Positions 36,667 through 50,027 are shown, counted from the first letter of the stretch. The stretch: 64,000 bases of DNA from Amoebophrya sp. A120 (GCA_905178155.1 CAJINV010000001.1:11887832-11951831), one strand, 5' to 3'. Numbers and translations are program-made. The notes: generated by a model from the sequence alone, not told the origin.

Positions 36667-39600
36667 ATGTCATCTTCAGAGGAGGACCTCGAGGACGATA
36701 TTCCGGAGGAGGGTGGCCATAAGATCTCCCGCGCTACTAGCGGTAGCGCCCAAGAGCGGGACAGCATAGGCCTTACGGTCGTACCAACTTCGAAGAAGGC
36801 GAACGATTTGACTGCCAGCGGTGGCTCATCGCGGAAAAAGCCGGTACCCGTGCGAACTGGAACCGAGGATCTCAATGCCGACGTGCCGGTGGGTAAAACC
36901 ACCGCCGCTGCGGCTCCAAAGCGGCTCAGCATCCCGGAGGCCGAGACCGTGAAGCCAGCAAGGCCTATGCCGAAGGGTAGCAGTAGTCCCGCTACGACCG
37001 CGAAGAGTGAAACACCAAAACCAGCGGCAGCGGAGGAGAAAAAGACCGAGGAGAAAAAGATCACACCAACGGCAGCAGTGGCAGTTTTGCCTGCAGCTAC
37101 CGTAACGTCAGAAGCTTCCGACACCGGAAAAAAGCTACCGACCCCGAGCGATGCCACCAGCACCAAGCCCGCACGGCCGCCGCCAAAGAGGAAGTCTGAA
37201 TCGGACGAGAAATCGAAACGAAAATCCAAAAAAGAGGACGATAAGGAGAAATCCAAGCGGAAATCAAAGAAGGAGGACAACGATGCAGAGGGGACCGCTC
37301 CGGTGAAGAAAAAGTCCAAGGAGGCATCAACGTCGGAGAAGAAATCTGTCAGGGTCGACGACAGCAGTAAAAAAGAGGACGGCGAAAATAGTAGACCCGC
37401 GCGGCCCGGACGGCCGGGGGCGAAGCCAGCTTCAAGGCCCAGCGCGGGGATGCCGACGGTGCAGAAAACAAAGACCGAGGGGGTTTCAACCGCTGGTGGC
37501 GCCACTGCGGACAATGAGGAAAGCAACGAATCCGACGGACTGCAAAGCCACCCGCACAAGCAGTCGTCCGTGATGCATTTTGACGAGATTCTGAATGCTA
37601 GCGACGCGGAGGAACCGACGTCGTTCGCGACCGCGCGCGACGAGCAGGCGTGGCTCGAAGCTCAGAAGGCGAAAGAGGATTTTTTAGCCTCTATGGGTCG
37701 GTCGTTGAAGTCTCCGACCGGGCCCCGGGCCTCGGAGCAGCTGGAGGAGCGCAGCGCGGGGGTGGCGACGCTTGGTGGGGCCGTGGACGGGTTGGATGAC
37801 GAACCCGTCAAAATGCCAGTTCCCGAGCACGGCCCGGAAGCGGTCGGGAAGGACGGCGAAGAGGCGAACGGCGAGGACTCTGCGCCCTCGGTCAAGCAGG
37901 CCGCGGCGGCGGTGAAAGCGACCATCAGTTCTATGGCGGACGGCGACAGCGACGAAGCCAGCCACTTGCCAAAACAAGCGGCGGCAAAGCGGCCCGCGCG
38001 ACCCGTACCAAAGGCATCGACTAGTACAGCAGCAACCAGTACTAGCACAGAAACTACAACTGCAGAATCCAACGAGAGCCGTAGCGTCCCCCCTGCCGAT
38101 ACCAGTCAGGTAGCATCGATCGGGAAGAGACCGCCGTTCCGGCCGAAAACAAGAGCGTCGACCGTGCCAAACTTTGAGAAGGCCGGGACGATGACGACCG
38201 ACGGGGACGGAGCCGCAACCACCGACCCATCCAACCAGGCAGCGACATCCACACTGCTGGAAGAGGAGGACAATTCGGATTCGCAGTCCGAGGCGGAAGA
38301 CAGGAAGAAATTCGTGGAGAACCTCGACGGGGACCCGGACCGCACCAAGGCAGACCTGCAAATCTTCCAGAAGAAAGCACAACAGATGGCGCCAATGGAC
38401 GTGGACGCGCAGAACATTTTGTTCGGAGACAGCACGTACGAACGCGAGTTCAACGGCGTTTTCTCCACGGCGCAGGACCGACACAAGGAAAAGCTGCGGG
38501 AAAAGAAGGACCATTTGAAGCAGTGGGAGGAGCTACTGATGGAGAAGCCTCTGCTGGACTTGCTAGAAATGGAGTCTATGTTTGAACCGAAAAACTCCGA
38601 CTTCCCGAACGAGGACGCCATCGTGCGGACGCCGATCAATCACAGCAAGTTGACGTACACAAAGAAGAAGTGGTTCGGACTGGTGCAGAAGGAGAAGGAA
38701 GACACCAACGAACACTACGGACTTGCGGCCATAGGAACGCCAATTTTGCAGAAGAACGGGGGCATTAGAGTATTAAATGAAGTTTATTTCTTTTTGCAGC
38801 GATCTTCATCTTTTGTTCGTTTTTCGTTTTGTTCAAGAAGGAACTCATCACGTAGTAGCTCTTGTCATGCAAAGACGCATATGTGTTTTTCCAAAATTCA
38901 AAATCAGGGTGACTTGAGCGGTTATTTCGAGTTCGACCTGGACGACGCTTTTGTTCCCCGTATAGACGACTTGAAGGGCACCGGTCCCGACCGGAACGCC
39001 ACCAGAAGGTATGCCTTGGAGGTGATGGGCAAGTGCTTCAAGGTCGTGAAAGTGCAGCAGCGCGGGAAAACGGGCAAGCGGTATTTGCAGTTTCGAGAGG
39101 ACGGGATCGTCTTCTTGAAGCCGAAATCTTCCGAAGAGGACGACCTGGAGCACCACCGCATCCCCTACGGAAACATCAAGGAGATATTCCTGAAGCCGCA
39201 GGTATGAATTGCAAAAATGTCTGGGTCTGGAAGATTGCGAGGTTTGTCATGCTGATCTGGCATGGCCCTTAAATCTGTATTGCGTGGCCACAAACAGCCT
39301 CTCTCGCCTGTCATGCAAAAACGCAGTTTCTCATGCGGAATACGCAGCACAGAAGCACGAAGCAACTTGTCGTGCTTGGCGGCGCATTACAGTGCATTTG
39401 TTATTGACTGACTTGCATCACAAGGTTCCAGACCCAGACGTTTTTGCATTTCATAGCAGGGCAAGAAGAACGAAATGAAGGAAGCGAGAAGTACCGCCAT
39501 GCGGTGTGTGTATATGGAAATCGAAACTCCGGGGGCGGAGAAGGTGAAAACCAGAACTGGGAGCAAGGAAGAGAATAACAAAAACCTCGCGGTACCACCA

Positions 39601-40542
39601 GCGTCGCCGGGCAACAATCCGTCCGGCGCCAGTGCGGTGACGGCTCTCTCGGTGGTAGCGAATGTGACCAATTTGGCGACCCCCAGTTCTAAAGCGGGGG
39701 GAACCCCATCTAGTTCCTCAACTTTTGGTGCTTCGGAGCCCGTGCCGGGGGTCTTCCTCTGTTTCCAGAACATGAAGGACGCGGAGATCGCCCTTTCCGC
39801 GCTGGTCTGGTTGATCAAAATTGGTCCGTTGCGCGGTATCAAAGTGGCGACGGATGACGACAAACCGAAGTTCGTTAAGGGCAACGAGGTGCGGAGAGAG
39901 AGGCCTCGGAAACTGATGGCGGCTGGCTTTTCGCGGAAGCTCTACGCCGACATGACGCACTACTGCGGCGAAGTTTCGCCGGAGGGCAAGCGCCACGGGC
40001 GGGGGGTCATGTACAGTGAGGGCTGCGTCACGACGGGGTACTGGAGGTACGATCTGCAAACCGGCCCGGGGACGGAGTTGCATTTAGACGGAACGTCATT
40101 CACGGGGATGTACAAGGAGGACAGAAGAAACGGCTACGGCATGATGCAGTGGGACGGCGGGGCGGAGTACCAGGGGGTGTTCGTCGCGGGCAAGGCCAGT
40201 GGCGCGGGGATTCTCATCCGCAGTGACAAGAGTTACTACGTCGGGCAGTTCGACAATGATGCCATGCACGGCCAGGGCGAAATGATCTGGGCGGATGGAA
40301 CGAAGTACATCGGCCAGTTTCAGCAGAACAAGCGGCACGGCGTCGGGATCATGGCGTGGGCCATGGACAGAAACGAGCAACAGGTCGACGCGGAAGATGA
40401 GGAGCAGCCCAAGTGGAGTCGGTACTACGGCGAGTGGGTGCGCGGGAAGCAGGAGGGAATTGGAGTTCTGTTGCTGAAAGACGGAACGAAGTGCCCCGGC
40501 GTGTTTCATGCAGGGCAGTTGACAGACTGGCTCGATACGTAG
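36667..40542 (+). CDS. MORN-repeat protein with a PH-like segment and long disordered N-terminus, about 1159 aa; exons 36667-38769, 38908-39201, 39460-40542
   Basis: About 7 MORN repeats (Y.G.F......G.G.....DG) at the C-terminus. FKVVKV..RGK..KRYLQF...GIVF...RIPY.NIKEI is PH-like. There is an in-frame, stop-free 138-nt GT-AG intron at 38770-38907. Confidence 0.85.
39203..39455. mobile_element. IR introner, family B ends (253 bp); forms a canonical GT-AG intron at 39202-39459
   Basis: TATGAATTGCAAAAATGTCTGGGTCTGGAA / TTCCAGACCCAGACGTTTTTGCATTTCATA; TSD GCAGG at 39198-39202 and 39456-39460; excision gives FLKPQGKKNEM. Confidence 0.94.
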
Positions 40543-41165
40543 GGAAATTGTGCGTTTCTTTGGATTGTTTTTCGATTTTGTAAAACTCGTCTTGCAAAGC
40601 AAGAGCATATTCACACATAGCGATCAACTGTGTACTTTTCACAAATCGAAACATGATGTCGTGATATTTTTTTTCCTGTATTCGAAAGTGTGTTGAAAAG
40701 AACATTTGACAAGGAAAACGAAATCAATGTGTACTCTCATCCATCTCTCGAGCGTGTTCCACGGAATGGATTTTCGTTCTATCTTTGCCTGGTAAGAAGT
40801 TCGGCGCAATCGTTTGCCGTCGCTTGTTTATCGTATTGGGAAATCCTTTCTTTTAATCGTGTGTGTCGTTATTAATTTCCAAGGTCGCGCTCACCTTTGT
40901 CGTGTCTCGTCTGGTCTGCCTTGGTTTAGCTGAGAGCAGAGCGATGTCGACTACTTGGCTGATTTTGGTTTGATGTCGTGGACGAAATCGTCGTCCCGAG
41001 AGAGAACAAAAGTGATGAGAACCGGCTTGATGAAGAAAGGTCTCTGGCACGTACTCCCGTAGCATTTTCACTGCGTCGTTTCTGTATGTCCTAGAAGGGA
41101 GCAGAGTTCTTGGTAGCTGCGGCTGCAGTCCAGGCGTATTCGTGCTTTACCAGGCGAACCAAATT

Positions 41166-44100
41166 ATGGTGCAACTGAAAGTGGGTACGCGGCCCTCCAG
41201 CGGGTCGACGGCGAAACTGCGGACCGTCCATGCAGCCCCTATGCCCGGCTCCGCGGTCCGGGCGCGGCAGCTCAGTCGACCCGGAACGGCGAATCGTGCG
41301 GTGGTGTCAAGTACGATGTTGCCACCGATCGACATCCAGCCGGGACAGGAGGACGTTAACTTCGCTGTTGGAACTACGGTTGAACATCACCAGGAGCCGC
41401 TCCACTCTGGTGAGGAAAACGCGTCTCGAGAGCTGGAAGATTCTTCCGCAGGCAGAACCAACCACGACAGGTTTTTCCTGGCGGAGGACAGCCAAGACCT
41501 CGATCAGAGCGCCTCCTCCGCGAGCCGACACCACAGCTCGACGCAGGAGAGCCGGCCTGGGACGCACAGAAAGAAGAAAAAGTACATTATCGAGAAACAA
41601 ACATCTCTACGCGAGCTCATCGGGGACCAGGCGGTGGTCCGCCCGGATTCCCGCGCATCAGAGACCTTCGAGCAGCTGTTCTCACCGGAAATCGCAAAAG
41701 AGTTGTACGACGCGCTGGAATCGGTGCAAAGGTTGACTCACGACAGGGTAGCGGATAGCGAGTACCGGATTTCCAAATTGCTGCACCAGAGCCCGGCACT
41801 GCGGCAGCAGCTAGAAGATACGGTGGTGAATCAGCGCGCGGTCGGACACCAAGCGGGCCAGCAGCGAAACCAGCAGGACATGTTGAACAAAAATGCGTAC
41901 AATACCCCACCGGACTTGTCACGGCCAGGCACTGCTGCGTTTGTCACTTCCAGTGCAGACGAGGGGGTAGAGATTTTCGAAAATCACAATTATGACCAAC
42001 AGATTCCTCACGACGGTCGCGGACCGCTAGATGCCGAGCGGTCTTTCCAGGAGCACTTGTCGCTGATGGAGTACGACAAAGATCCCGCACAGAGCCAGAT
42101 CGTACCGGTCACACCAATGTACGACCCTGCAGCACACCAGCAAAGTTTCCACACCGCCTCCATCATTGCGACGCACGCTGCGTTGCGCGAGCATTTGACT
42201 TCACGTGGCGGGAAGAGCAAAATCCAAGCGGGTGAGACCACGGAGCTAAACTTGGACCCAGTCGCGCTGCAAAAGTACAGCATCCCGGGTGGTGGCATCG
42301 AGTGGGACAAGGTTGAGAAATTGATGGGCACGGAAGCGAGGCTGCGGCAGAAGCGGCAGCAGGAGTTTCGGGTGAAAAAAACAACCGAGCGGAACCGAGC
42401 GCTGAAGATCCGCATGAAAGCAGACTTGGAACTTGCTGCCAGCAATGCGGAAAAGCTCGGAGCGACCGACGGCGCCGACATCCTCCCGAACGTCGTGCAA
42501 GATGAGCGGGTGAAGCGTATTGAGAGGCCAGCGAGTCGGAATCGTACCTTCACCACGGAGCGCCGCGAGGTGCCACGGTTAAACAAAGTCCCACTTGCAG
42601 AGGAATTCCGACGGAGCGATTTAGGTATGAATATGGTTGCGATGGTTGTATTTGATATCGCCTCTATTTGGAATCGGCGATCTTCTTTCGCACTTGTGAA
42701 TGAGAATGACGTTAGCAATGAGATCGAAACACACACCTTGCAGGCTTCGCGGAACCGCGCCTCGTCCGGCAAATGCACGGCGTGTTTTCGCCGAAGAGCG
42801 CGCCGTACTACCTGCGCAAGAGCACGGCGGAGGGGGAAACGACTGACGAAGAGTGGCAAGAGTTCGCGCCGCGGACGGCTGCTAGCGAGCTTGCGCCGCC
42901 GAGGTTGGTGCGTGCCGGGCGTTTTGTGGACCATTTCCCGCAAGGGCCGCAAGATTTAGTCTTGCAAGGCTCCGGGTGGAAGCCGCTAGTACAACAGCAG
43001 CCACTCGCGATACCACAGATAGCAAACAACCGGGCCGCTGGAGCTGGAGGGCCGAGTACTCGAACAATGACCGCCCCGGCGCGGCAACTGAACACGACGA
43101 AAACGGAGATGATTCAAATCGCCCTACCGCCCGAACCGAGGGCCGTGCACTTCCGCGAAGAGGTGTCGCAGGAATTTCCGTCGATTTCCTCCGCGGCTCC
43201 GTCGCCCGCGTCCCCGGAGCTGCCCTTCAGCCCGTCGCCGCAGAAGCCCTTAGGTGCGCTGAATGCAGGGACGTCGCCGAGCACCCTGGTTGCGAATGCC
43301 ACGCCGCTTGGCGCCGTGCGGAGTCCGTCGAATTCGCCTGTGAAAAAGCCCCGCGCACGGCCGGCTTCCAGTCCGGCGGAAGGAATGAGTCAGCAGTTGC
43401 CGCCGATGCCGATGTATCCGCAGGAGCCTGAGGGAGTGGGTGTGGAGCTGGAGATCGTTCCCATGCAGAGGCCGAGGAGTAGCGAGACGCCGCCGCCGCG
43501 ACGTCCGAGCACCTCCCCCGAGCGCCCGCGTTCTGTAGACGAGCTGGCACAACCAAAAAAGCGGCCGAGCACCGCTTTTTCGGAAAGTCTGTTGTCCGCA
43601 CGGGGAGAGACGAACCGGCTGCACTCAGCTCGGGGACACTACGAAGAAGCGCTCGTGCAATCGGTATGCCATGTGGACTACGTTGCATAGGTCGATGAGT
43701 GTGATGAATGTTTTTCTGTTGGCAGAAATTGTGTTTTTTGCGCAGCAAGATGGGCTTTTCAAAATAAAAACAGATGACGCCTCAGCGGAGGGAAATGCTA
43801 ACGCCCGGGAGTAGGCTAGATCGCGGCGGCTACAGGCCTGATATTCCAGCATTGAAGCCAAAGGAAGCACAACTGCAATGGACCAAAGAGTTCTTGGAGG
43901 ATCGCGGCGAGTACGAACTTATGTTTGTCGTAGTTGTGCTTACAGAGACTGAAGTAGTTGTGAATCGGAGTCAGATGCTAGCTTTTGTGCTCAGCTTGAT
44001 ATAGAATTTCCGTTGCTCCCTCCTGCAAGTGTGAGTTTTTCCAAATCGAATCACCCACTAGGCCCGTGGTAGCCGAAGTAGACCCAGACCCAGGCTCAAG

Positions 44101-45352
44101 CGCCCCGATGTCTCCGACCACCTCTGCCATCGATCGCAGCGTGGAATTCGAAGCTCCGCCGCAAGCGTCGCTCTCCGACGTGGACAAAATGTCCGACCTG
44201 CCGGTACCTGCACAGGAAACCGGATCGGAGAAGACCAGTCCCCGGTCGCGGCACTCGTCTTCTAAAGAGGGGTCGAAGCAGGGCTCCCCCCGGCCGCCCC
44301 AAACGTGGATCGACGCGGTCAACTCGCGGGGACCCTCGCCGCAGGATATCGACGTGGCGAAAGAAATCATTTTGAAGCCGGTACTGGACCGCGCCGGCGT
44401 GACGGAGGACCCAGAAGTTGGGGATGAGGAAGCTGTTGCGGAAGTTGTAGAGCCACGGCCATCCACGCCCAGTAAGGCACTACAGTCAGCCGCTAGTTCC
44501 CGACCGGTGAGCCGCGGGACCAGCGGAACGCCCTCGCGCCCGGTCAGTCGTGCCGATTCCTCCCGTCCGATCAGCCGTGGCGAATCGCAGGGAAAGCTCG
44601 TCATGCACCCGCGACCGGGCGGCGGCTCGCAGCGGTCGACACCCGTGAATTCTCCCCGGCGGTTGTCCAAGGATCGAGCTAAGGCGTCCCGCACGGTGCA
44701 AGATTTGGAGGAACTGGAGCGATTGGAAAAATTGGCACAGGAACAAGACTACTCGATCGAGTTCCCGCACCCGGAGAAGATGGAAGTCTCCATAAGTACC
44801 GAAGAAGGGGCGACGTCCGTGCGTGTACAGAAGATCCGCTCCATGGTGCTCAAGGAAATTCAGGAGAAAACGAAGCCAACGAAGCTACTGGAAAACGTCA
44901 GCCGGGACAACAGTAAGAGTCTTGGGGCGTTTTTCGTTTTCAGTCCTGATTGTTTTTGCTACGCCATAGTCATGTGCACCTGTAATGCTAACGGACTTTT
45001 CTCAATAGTTTTGAACTCAAAACTCACAGTCGGCCTCCCGGACAAGATCCACGACTACCTCTCGTTTCCACTGTACAAGCGTCAGCCGAACCCGGTGGAT
45101 CTGGAGCATTCCGTGGAAATGGACATTTGGTACCTGCTTTTTGCAATGGCGATAATTTTTGTACCGTTGTGCTGCTTTCTCGGATATGAAGCATGCTGTT
45201 ATTTGAACAGACTGCTCAAGATGAATATCACAAACGCAAACACTAGGTTACGGAAGGGCTGGAACCGCAAGGAAAAGTGGGAGATCAAAACCGATCCTGT
45301 GGACAGGTTTCTGGCGGGCGCGGGGCAGGGAAAATTTCATCGGACCCGGTAG
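41166..45352 (+). CDS. Hypothetical protein rich in SRP[G/A/V][T/S] motifs, with one C-terminal TM helix; about 4 GT-AG introns (42625-42743, ~43664-43773, ~43911-44060, ~44913-45029)
   Basis: ORFs 41142, 42773, 43774 and 44066 are linked by AT-rich GT-AG introns (first junction verified in phase). Hydrophobic IWYLLFAMAIIFVPLCCFLGY lies near the end. Confidence 0.65.
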
Positions 45353-46125
45353 GGAAAAGCATACAGAGAATAAAGCACACAAGTTGTTCATTGCAGAGAA
45401 TACAGCCAATGTTCTTATTTTCATTGTCACGAAGCTCTCGGAAAAAACTAAGATTTGACGCGAGAAGCAACCTGCTGCGCGAAAAGACGGATCAAAAAGC
45501 GCACGGTCAACAGTTTCAAGATGATGTAGATGTTGCAGCAAAGAAAGACTACATTAAGTAAGTACTTTACTTGATACTTCACCTGGCAGAGTCGGGATCA
45601 CGGGGACACAAATTGAAGTAACTCCTCGTGAGTACAACTGGTATTTGTGTCCCAAAGTGCTGAGTTTTAGAAGGTTGCGCTAAGGATTTCGGTATTCATT
45701 GCAAATGGCCCTGCAGAGTTTGCGACAAATCGTGAAATGTTGAACTTCTCCAGAAATCGCTTGGCAGAAGTTTATCTTTGCAAAGACCCATTGCAACAAG
45801 GTTGCTGACAAATCGTGAACAAATCGCACAAAGTCGTCTGGGAAAAATCGGAAAGATGTCGGCATCTTTCAAATTGGACGCGGTTGATTAGTTTATCTTG
45901 TCGATCGCCGAGCATCTATCTTGACCGTGAGTCCTATTTCGGTGCGATGAACCAGGATCAATTCAAAGATCAACGTCAACTCAATAACGAAATCTAAAGC
46001 TTTTCGAAGCAATAATAAAAAACTTTTCGAACCAAGCCACAAGCAGTTCTGCCCTACTCCCAGTCGAAATTAAAACACGAAAACGCGCGTGGATGTGTCC
46101 GAGTTAAGTGCCGACCGACTACGAC

Positions 46126-47481
46126 ATGCCTTCGCCCGTGCATCCGTCCATTGGACTTCCGGGTGTCTCTAAGGGGTATGAGTTGCCGACGTTATTGCAA
46201 TGCCCCGCTGGGACGTTATCTCCTGCTCCAGAAAAGCAGGCCGAGGCGCCAGGTCAACCTGAGAAGATCTCACACCCTCCGCCGGCAGGACAACACCCCG
46301 CTTCTCCGTCGCGATGTGGACCGGAGTCCCGCCTCGCCCACCTCCTGCGGAAGCACTTCGCGGAGCCTCCCAGCGCCCAGTCCTTCGCCTTCAACGTTTT
46401 CGAGCACTATGTTGAGATGTCGGCCGCCATTGCCGTGGCCATCGACGCCTACCTGAGCGACATGCACTCGCTGCTGTTCGTGACGCTCTTCGGGCTCATC
46501 CTTCCGCCGCTCTGCCACGCGATAAACACGTACTTCGTGCTCTCTATCGTGAAAAACGAGATGCCCGAACGCGAAAAGCTCTACGAGTCCTTCTTCGCAG
46601 CCCTGAATCTGAACCGCTTGCGGGAGGCGCGCAGGTTTCTGAAGGGTCAAGCGCCTATCTGGAGTCTCCACTTCAAAGACCGCCTTGGCAACCTCACGCT
46701 GTGCGCCATTCCGTCGTGCATCATCAGTCTCTCTACCCTCATGCGCAACGTAGGTGACTTCAACCGCGGGCTGGTCGTTTTCGAGCTGATATTCGTTTTC
46801 GTGATGTCGGCGACACAGGTGCAGGTAGTGCACACGTGCCACGGACCACCGGGCAACATGCAGAAGTACCGTGTGTGGGGAATAAAAACTGGAGAAGATT
46901 CTCTTCCGTCTGACGGCGCGGGCAAGCTGCTCTGCCACGCCCTCTCGGCTTTCCTTATCGACGTTTCTCAGGTGGCCTATCGGCTCCTTCTGCTCACCCT
47001 CCTGACGGTGTTCTGCGGCTGGTCCGCCACGGTCGCGGTCCTCGGCGTGTACGCGATCGTCACGACCTTGTTGGTACGGATCGGGCTGTCGCTGGTGCCG
47101 GCTTATCTCGGCTACGTGGACATCATGAGCTGCATTACAGGGCTCGAGACGGCGCTCTACGACTACTGCTGGCTGGAGCCGGTCCCCGTGTACTCGTTCT
47201 ACAGCGAGGCACACTTTCCGCTTCGCGCACTACAGGCAATGGTGATGGTGTGGCTCATCCATCTGAACTGGACAGATGCGGCCGTCGCCGATTTGGACGA
47301 AGATGTCCTCGGTCTGACTGTCGGCCTGGCTGCCGTTTTCTCTGCTTTATATTTTGCGTTGTACCCGGTCTACATGTACGGCGTCAACAGGCATCGTTGG
47401 CGCGAGTCGAAAACTCGAAGAGACGAATTCTTAGCTACCATGTACAAAAAGCGGGTCGAAAGACTACAGTCGAAGATTTAG
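46126..47481 (+). CDS. Multi-pass membrane protein (about 8 TM), possibly XK-related/scramblase-like
   Basis: Intronless 451-aa ORF with many hydrophobic helices. Weak resemblance to XK-family segments (AIPSCIISL, YRLLLLTL, LRALQAMVM). Family call is tentative. Confidence 0.6.
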   Translation: MPSPVHPSIGLPGVSKGYELPTLLQCPAGTLSPAPEKQAEAPGQPEKISHPPPAGQHPASPSRCGPESRLAHLLRKHFAEPPSAQSFAFNVFEHYVEMSAAIAVAIDAYLSDMHSLLFVTLFGLILPPLCHAINTYFVLSIVKNEMPEREKLYESFFAALNLNRLREARRFLKGQAPIWSLHFKDRLGNLTLCAIPSCIISLSTLMRNVGDFNRGLVVFELIFVFVMSATQVQVVHTCHGPPGNMQKYRVWGIKTGEDSLPSDGAGKLLCHALSAFLIDVSQVAYRLLLLTLLTVFCGWSATVAVLGVYAIVTTLLVRIGLSLVPAYLGYVDIMSCITGLETALYDYCWLEPVPVYSFYSEAHFPLRALQAMVMVWLIHLNWTDAAVADLDEDVLGLTVGLAAVFSALYFALYPVYMYGVNRHRWRESKTRRDEFLATMYKKRVERLQSKI

Positions 47482-48161
47482 GAGATGGATATTTATTTTT
47501 TACGATCACACTCACAGTCACAATGGAATGTGACACAGACATTCCACCTGCATATCAATAACGAGGACAAGTTATAACGTTCTGGCTTCTACAATCTACA
47601 TCTACTAAATTAATTGGCGGTTTTCGTTTTTTGGTTTGATTTTTTTGTGTAATGCTAGGCCTAGGCTTATCCTTATGTTTCAGAGGTCAGAGGAATTGTG
47701 ATCAGCTCGGATAAGAAGGTCAACAAGAAGTTTCAAAAGAACACCAAACAGCAGGAAGTAGAAGCAAATTTCGGTGTCGGTGTCGAGCGTGTAGGTCTCT
47801 GACAGTCGATTTGTCGTCCTTGTTCCTGTTGCCGTTCCCGGGAGTGAAAGATATCATCGGTTCCGCCACTGCATTGATTGATTTTCTTCCTTCGTGCCAT
47901 GCATGGCGTGTCGTTGCTCAAGTGAATTCGCCAAATTGTGTTGCAAAAACTCTTTGTCGTGAAAACCGGTTCGTTGCAAAACCGCCATAAAAATCGTGCA
48001 AATCCGCCAAATTCGCTTTCGTTACGCCAGTGAAGCAACATCATTCTGTCGTTCCGACGTCGACGTTTCCGAATTTTGGAATTGCAGAACGGGGACCTAA
48101 ATAGAGCACTGAAAAGCAATTGATAATTTGGAACAAAAGCTAAAAGTGAGACCGTGTGAAA

Positions 48162-48704
48162 ATGCCGGTGCGCAAAAACGATGCGAAGCGCGTTCACGCT
48201 CCGCGCCCGGTAAAATTGAAAAAGGGCTTGTCCAGTAAGCCCATTGCGACACTCGGTAACGGGGAAGCACAGCAACACGAGAAGCTCAGCCTGTTCGCTG
48301 TAGAACCTCTTCAACGAAGCGATCTTGTGAAGTGCACGGGATACAAAAAAGCCGTGACGACGCTCTACCATGCCACCAGTGAAAAAAGTGCAGCGAGCAT
48401 TGTTCAACAGCAACGGCTCTTCGGCGGAACGCAAGGCAGTCTCGGGGGCGGTATTTACCTTTGCAAATCGCCTGTCGAGGCGAGGATGCGACAACGCGCT
48501 GTCGGCCAGGCTAAAGATGCCGTGGTCTTGGAATGCACGGTGAAAACTGGCAATGTGGCGGTTGTGCGATCGGGCAAAAAGGTGGACGTGGCGAAGTTGA
48601 AAGCGTTCGGGTGCAGCACCGCTAAGGAGGAGGGAAAAGATGTGTGGATGGTGCCCAGTTCTAGTTGGAATAAGATAAACGCAAATCCACCGCTATCACG
48701 ATGA
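48162..48704 (+). CDS. Small PARP-catalytic/Gig2-like ADP-ribosyltransferase, paralog 1
   Basis: TLYHATS..A.SI....L..G..G.LGGGIYL......AR.RQRAVG....VVLEC.V.TG; basic N-terminal tail. Confidence 0.75.
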   Translation: MPVRKNDAKRVHAPRPVKLKKGLSSKPIATLGNGEAQQHEKLSLFAVEPLQRSDLVKCTGYKKAVTTLYHATSEKSAASIVQQQRLFGGTQGSLGGGIYLCKSPVEARMRQRAVGQAKDAVVLECTVKTGNVAVVRSGKKVDVAKLKAFGCSTAKEEGKDVWMVPSSSWNKINANPPLSR

Positions 48705-49514
48705 GAAGGCCGTGCAAAATCCTTCCCCGAAGATTTTATCGTACTTCTCCGATTCTGATTCATCGTCGTGGTGAGGAATAGAATTCGGTGGACCAACGCA
48801 GAGTACATTACTCATATCGGTTTCGGAGTGTAACAGTTTTTTGTAGAATGAACGGAATGAAATGACATACCAGTGGTCAATTGTTGATTGTAAGCAAACA
48901 AAAACTGACTCAGCCCTTCGTTTTTTTTGTTTCCGAATTTGAAGTAAACAAGTTAGTATGCAGCAAACTCCGGAGCACCAGTCGAGAAGCTGTCCTTCTG
49001 TGTTATGTTGACTTCCTAGTGACTGTGTCAGTCTGCAAGCGTCGGTTTTCAGCGGAGCTCAGTTGATAATGTCAACAAACTCTGCTACCGGTGCCGCATT
49101 GAGGCTCTGTTGCTGCGTTTCAAAATGTCGTGCTTGGGCACCCTGGTATGGCAACCAGGCGTTCTACTTCGGCGTAATAATAAATCAGTGGCTTCCATGG
49201 ATTCAGTTTCAGGGGAGATATTTTTCGGGAACGGTTGTTGTAGCCTATGGATCGGTTTCGGGAAAACAAAGAAAAAACAAAAAGGGAACGCATCGCAAAG
49301 TCGGGGCCCAAAGCCATTTCATCGTTTTTTTTCGTAAAGAAATGAAATGACTCATACACAAGAGTTCAGCATGAAGAACTGTAGACGTCGTTTAGAACAA
49401 ACAAATAGTCGAAGGCAGCGTACTTTTAGGAGGTACTACTCCTCATTTTGTTGCTCGTTTCATCATTCGATTCCTTCGTGTGCGTCTGTCTCGCGTTACC
49501 GCAGGAACAAAATT

Positions 49515-50027
49515 ATGCCGGGCTGGGGAGTTCGTAAACAAAATCAGAAAGTACGTGCGCCGCTCTCCGCGAGACAACGACAGGCAGCGCCGGTCAACAA
49601 CGCGAAACCCAGCAACAATGCGTGGCAACCTGTTACGCCATACGATGTCGCGGCGGTTTCGCAGGACATGGGGTACGTGACGCTTTATCATGCGACATCT
49701 CCCCAAAACGCCGCGCAGATTGTCCAGTCGCAATGGTTAAAACCCGGCAACGGCGGGGAGTTAGGTCCCGGAGCGTACTTCTGCGCGGACCCAGATAATG
49801 CGAGATTTCGACAGCGCGCAGTGCCGGGGAAGGGGTACGCAGTAGTGCTCTCTGCACGGGTAAAAGTCGGCGCCACGGCCTGTATTACAAGCGGCAAAGT
49901 TGTCGACGCGGAGTTTTTGCGCAGCTTCGGCTACGGGAGCGCGAAAGTGTACGAGAAGGATATCTACATGATTCCGGGGTGGGGCAGCTGGCAGAAGATT
50001 ACAAATATCATGTATCACACCGGGTAG
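49515..50027 (+). CDS. Small PARP-catalytic/Gig2-like ADP-ribosyltransferase, paralog 2
   Basis: TLYHATSPQNAAQI....LKPG.GGELGPGAYF...AR.RQRAV.....VVLSARVKVG. Confidence 0.78.
   Translation: MPGWGVRKQNQKVRAPLSARQRQAAPVNNAKPSNNAWQPVTPYDVAAVSQDMGYVTLYHATSPQNAAQIVQSQWLKPGNGGELGPGAYFCADPDNARFRQRAVPGKGYAVVLSARVKVGATACITSGKVVDAEFLRSFGYGSAKVYEKDIYMIPGWGSWQKITNIMYHTG

Noticed and set aside
36657-37559. Long minus-strand ORFs (for example 36657-37559, 46270-47214, 14637-15524, 42008-42952)
   Set aside because: Antisense shadows of GC-rich plus-strand coding regions; no domain-like content.
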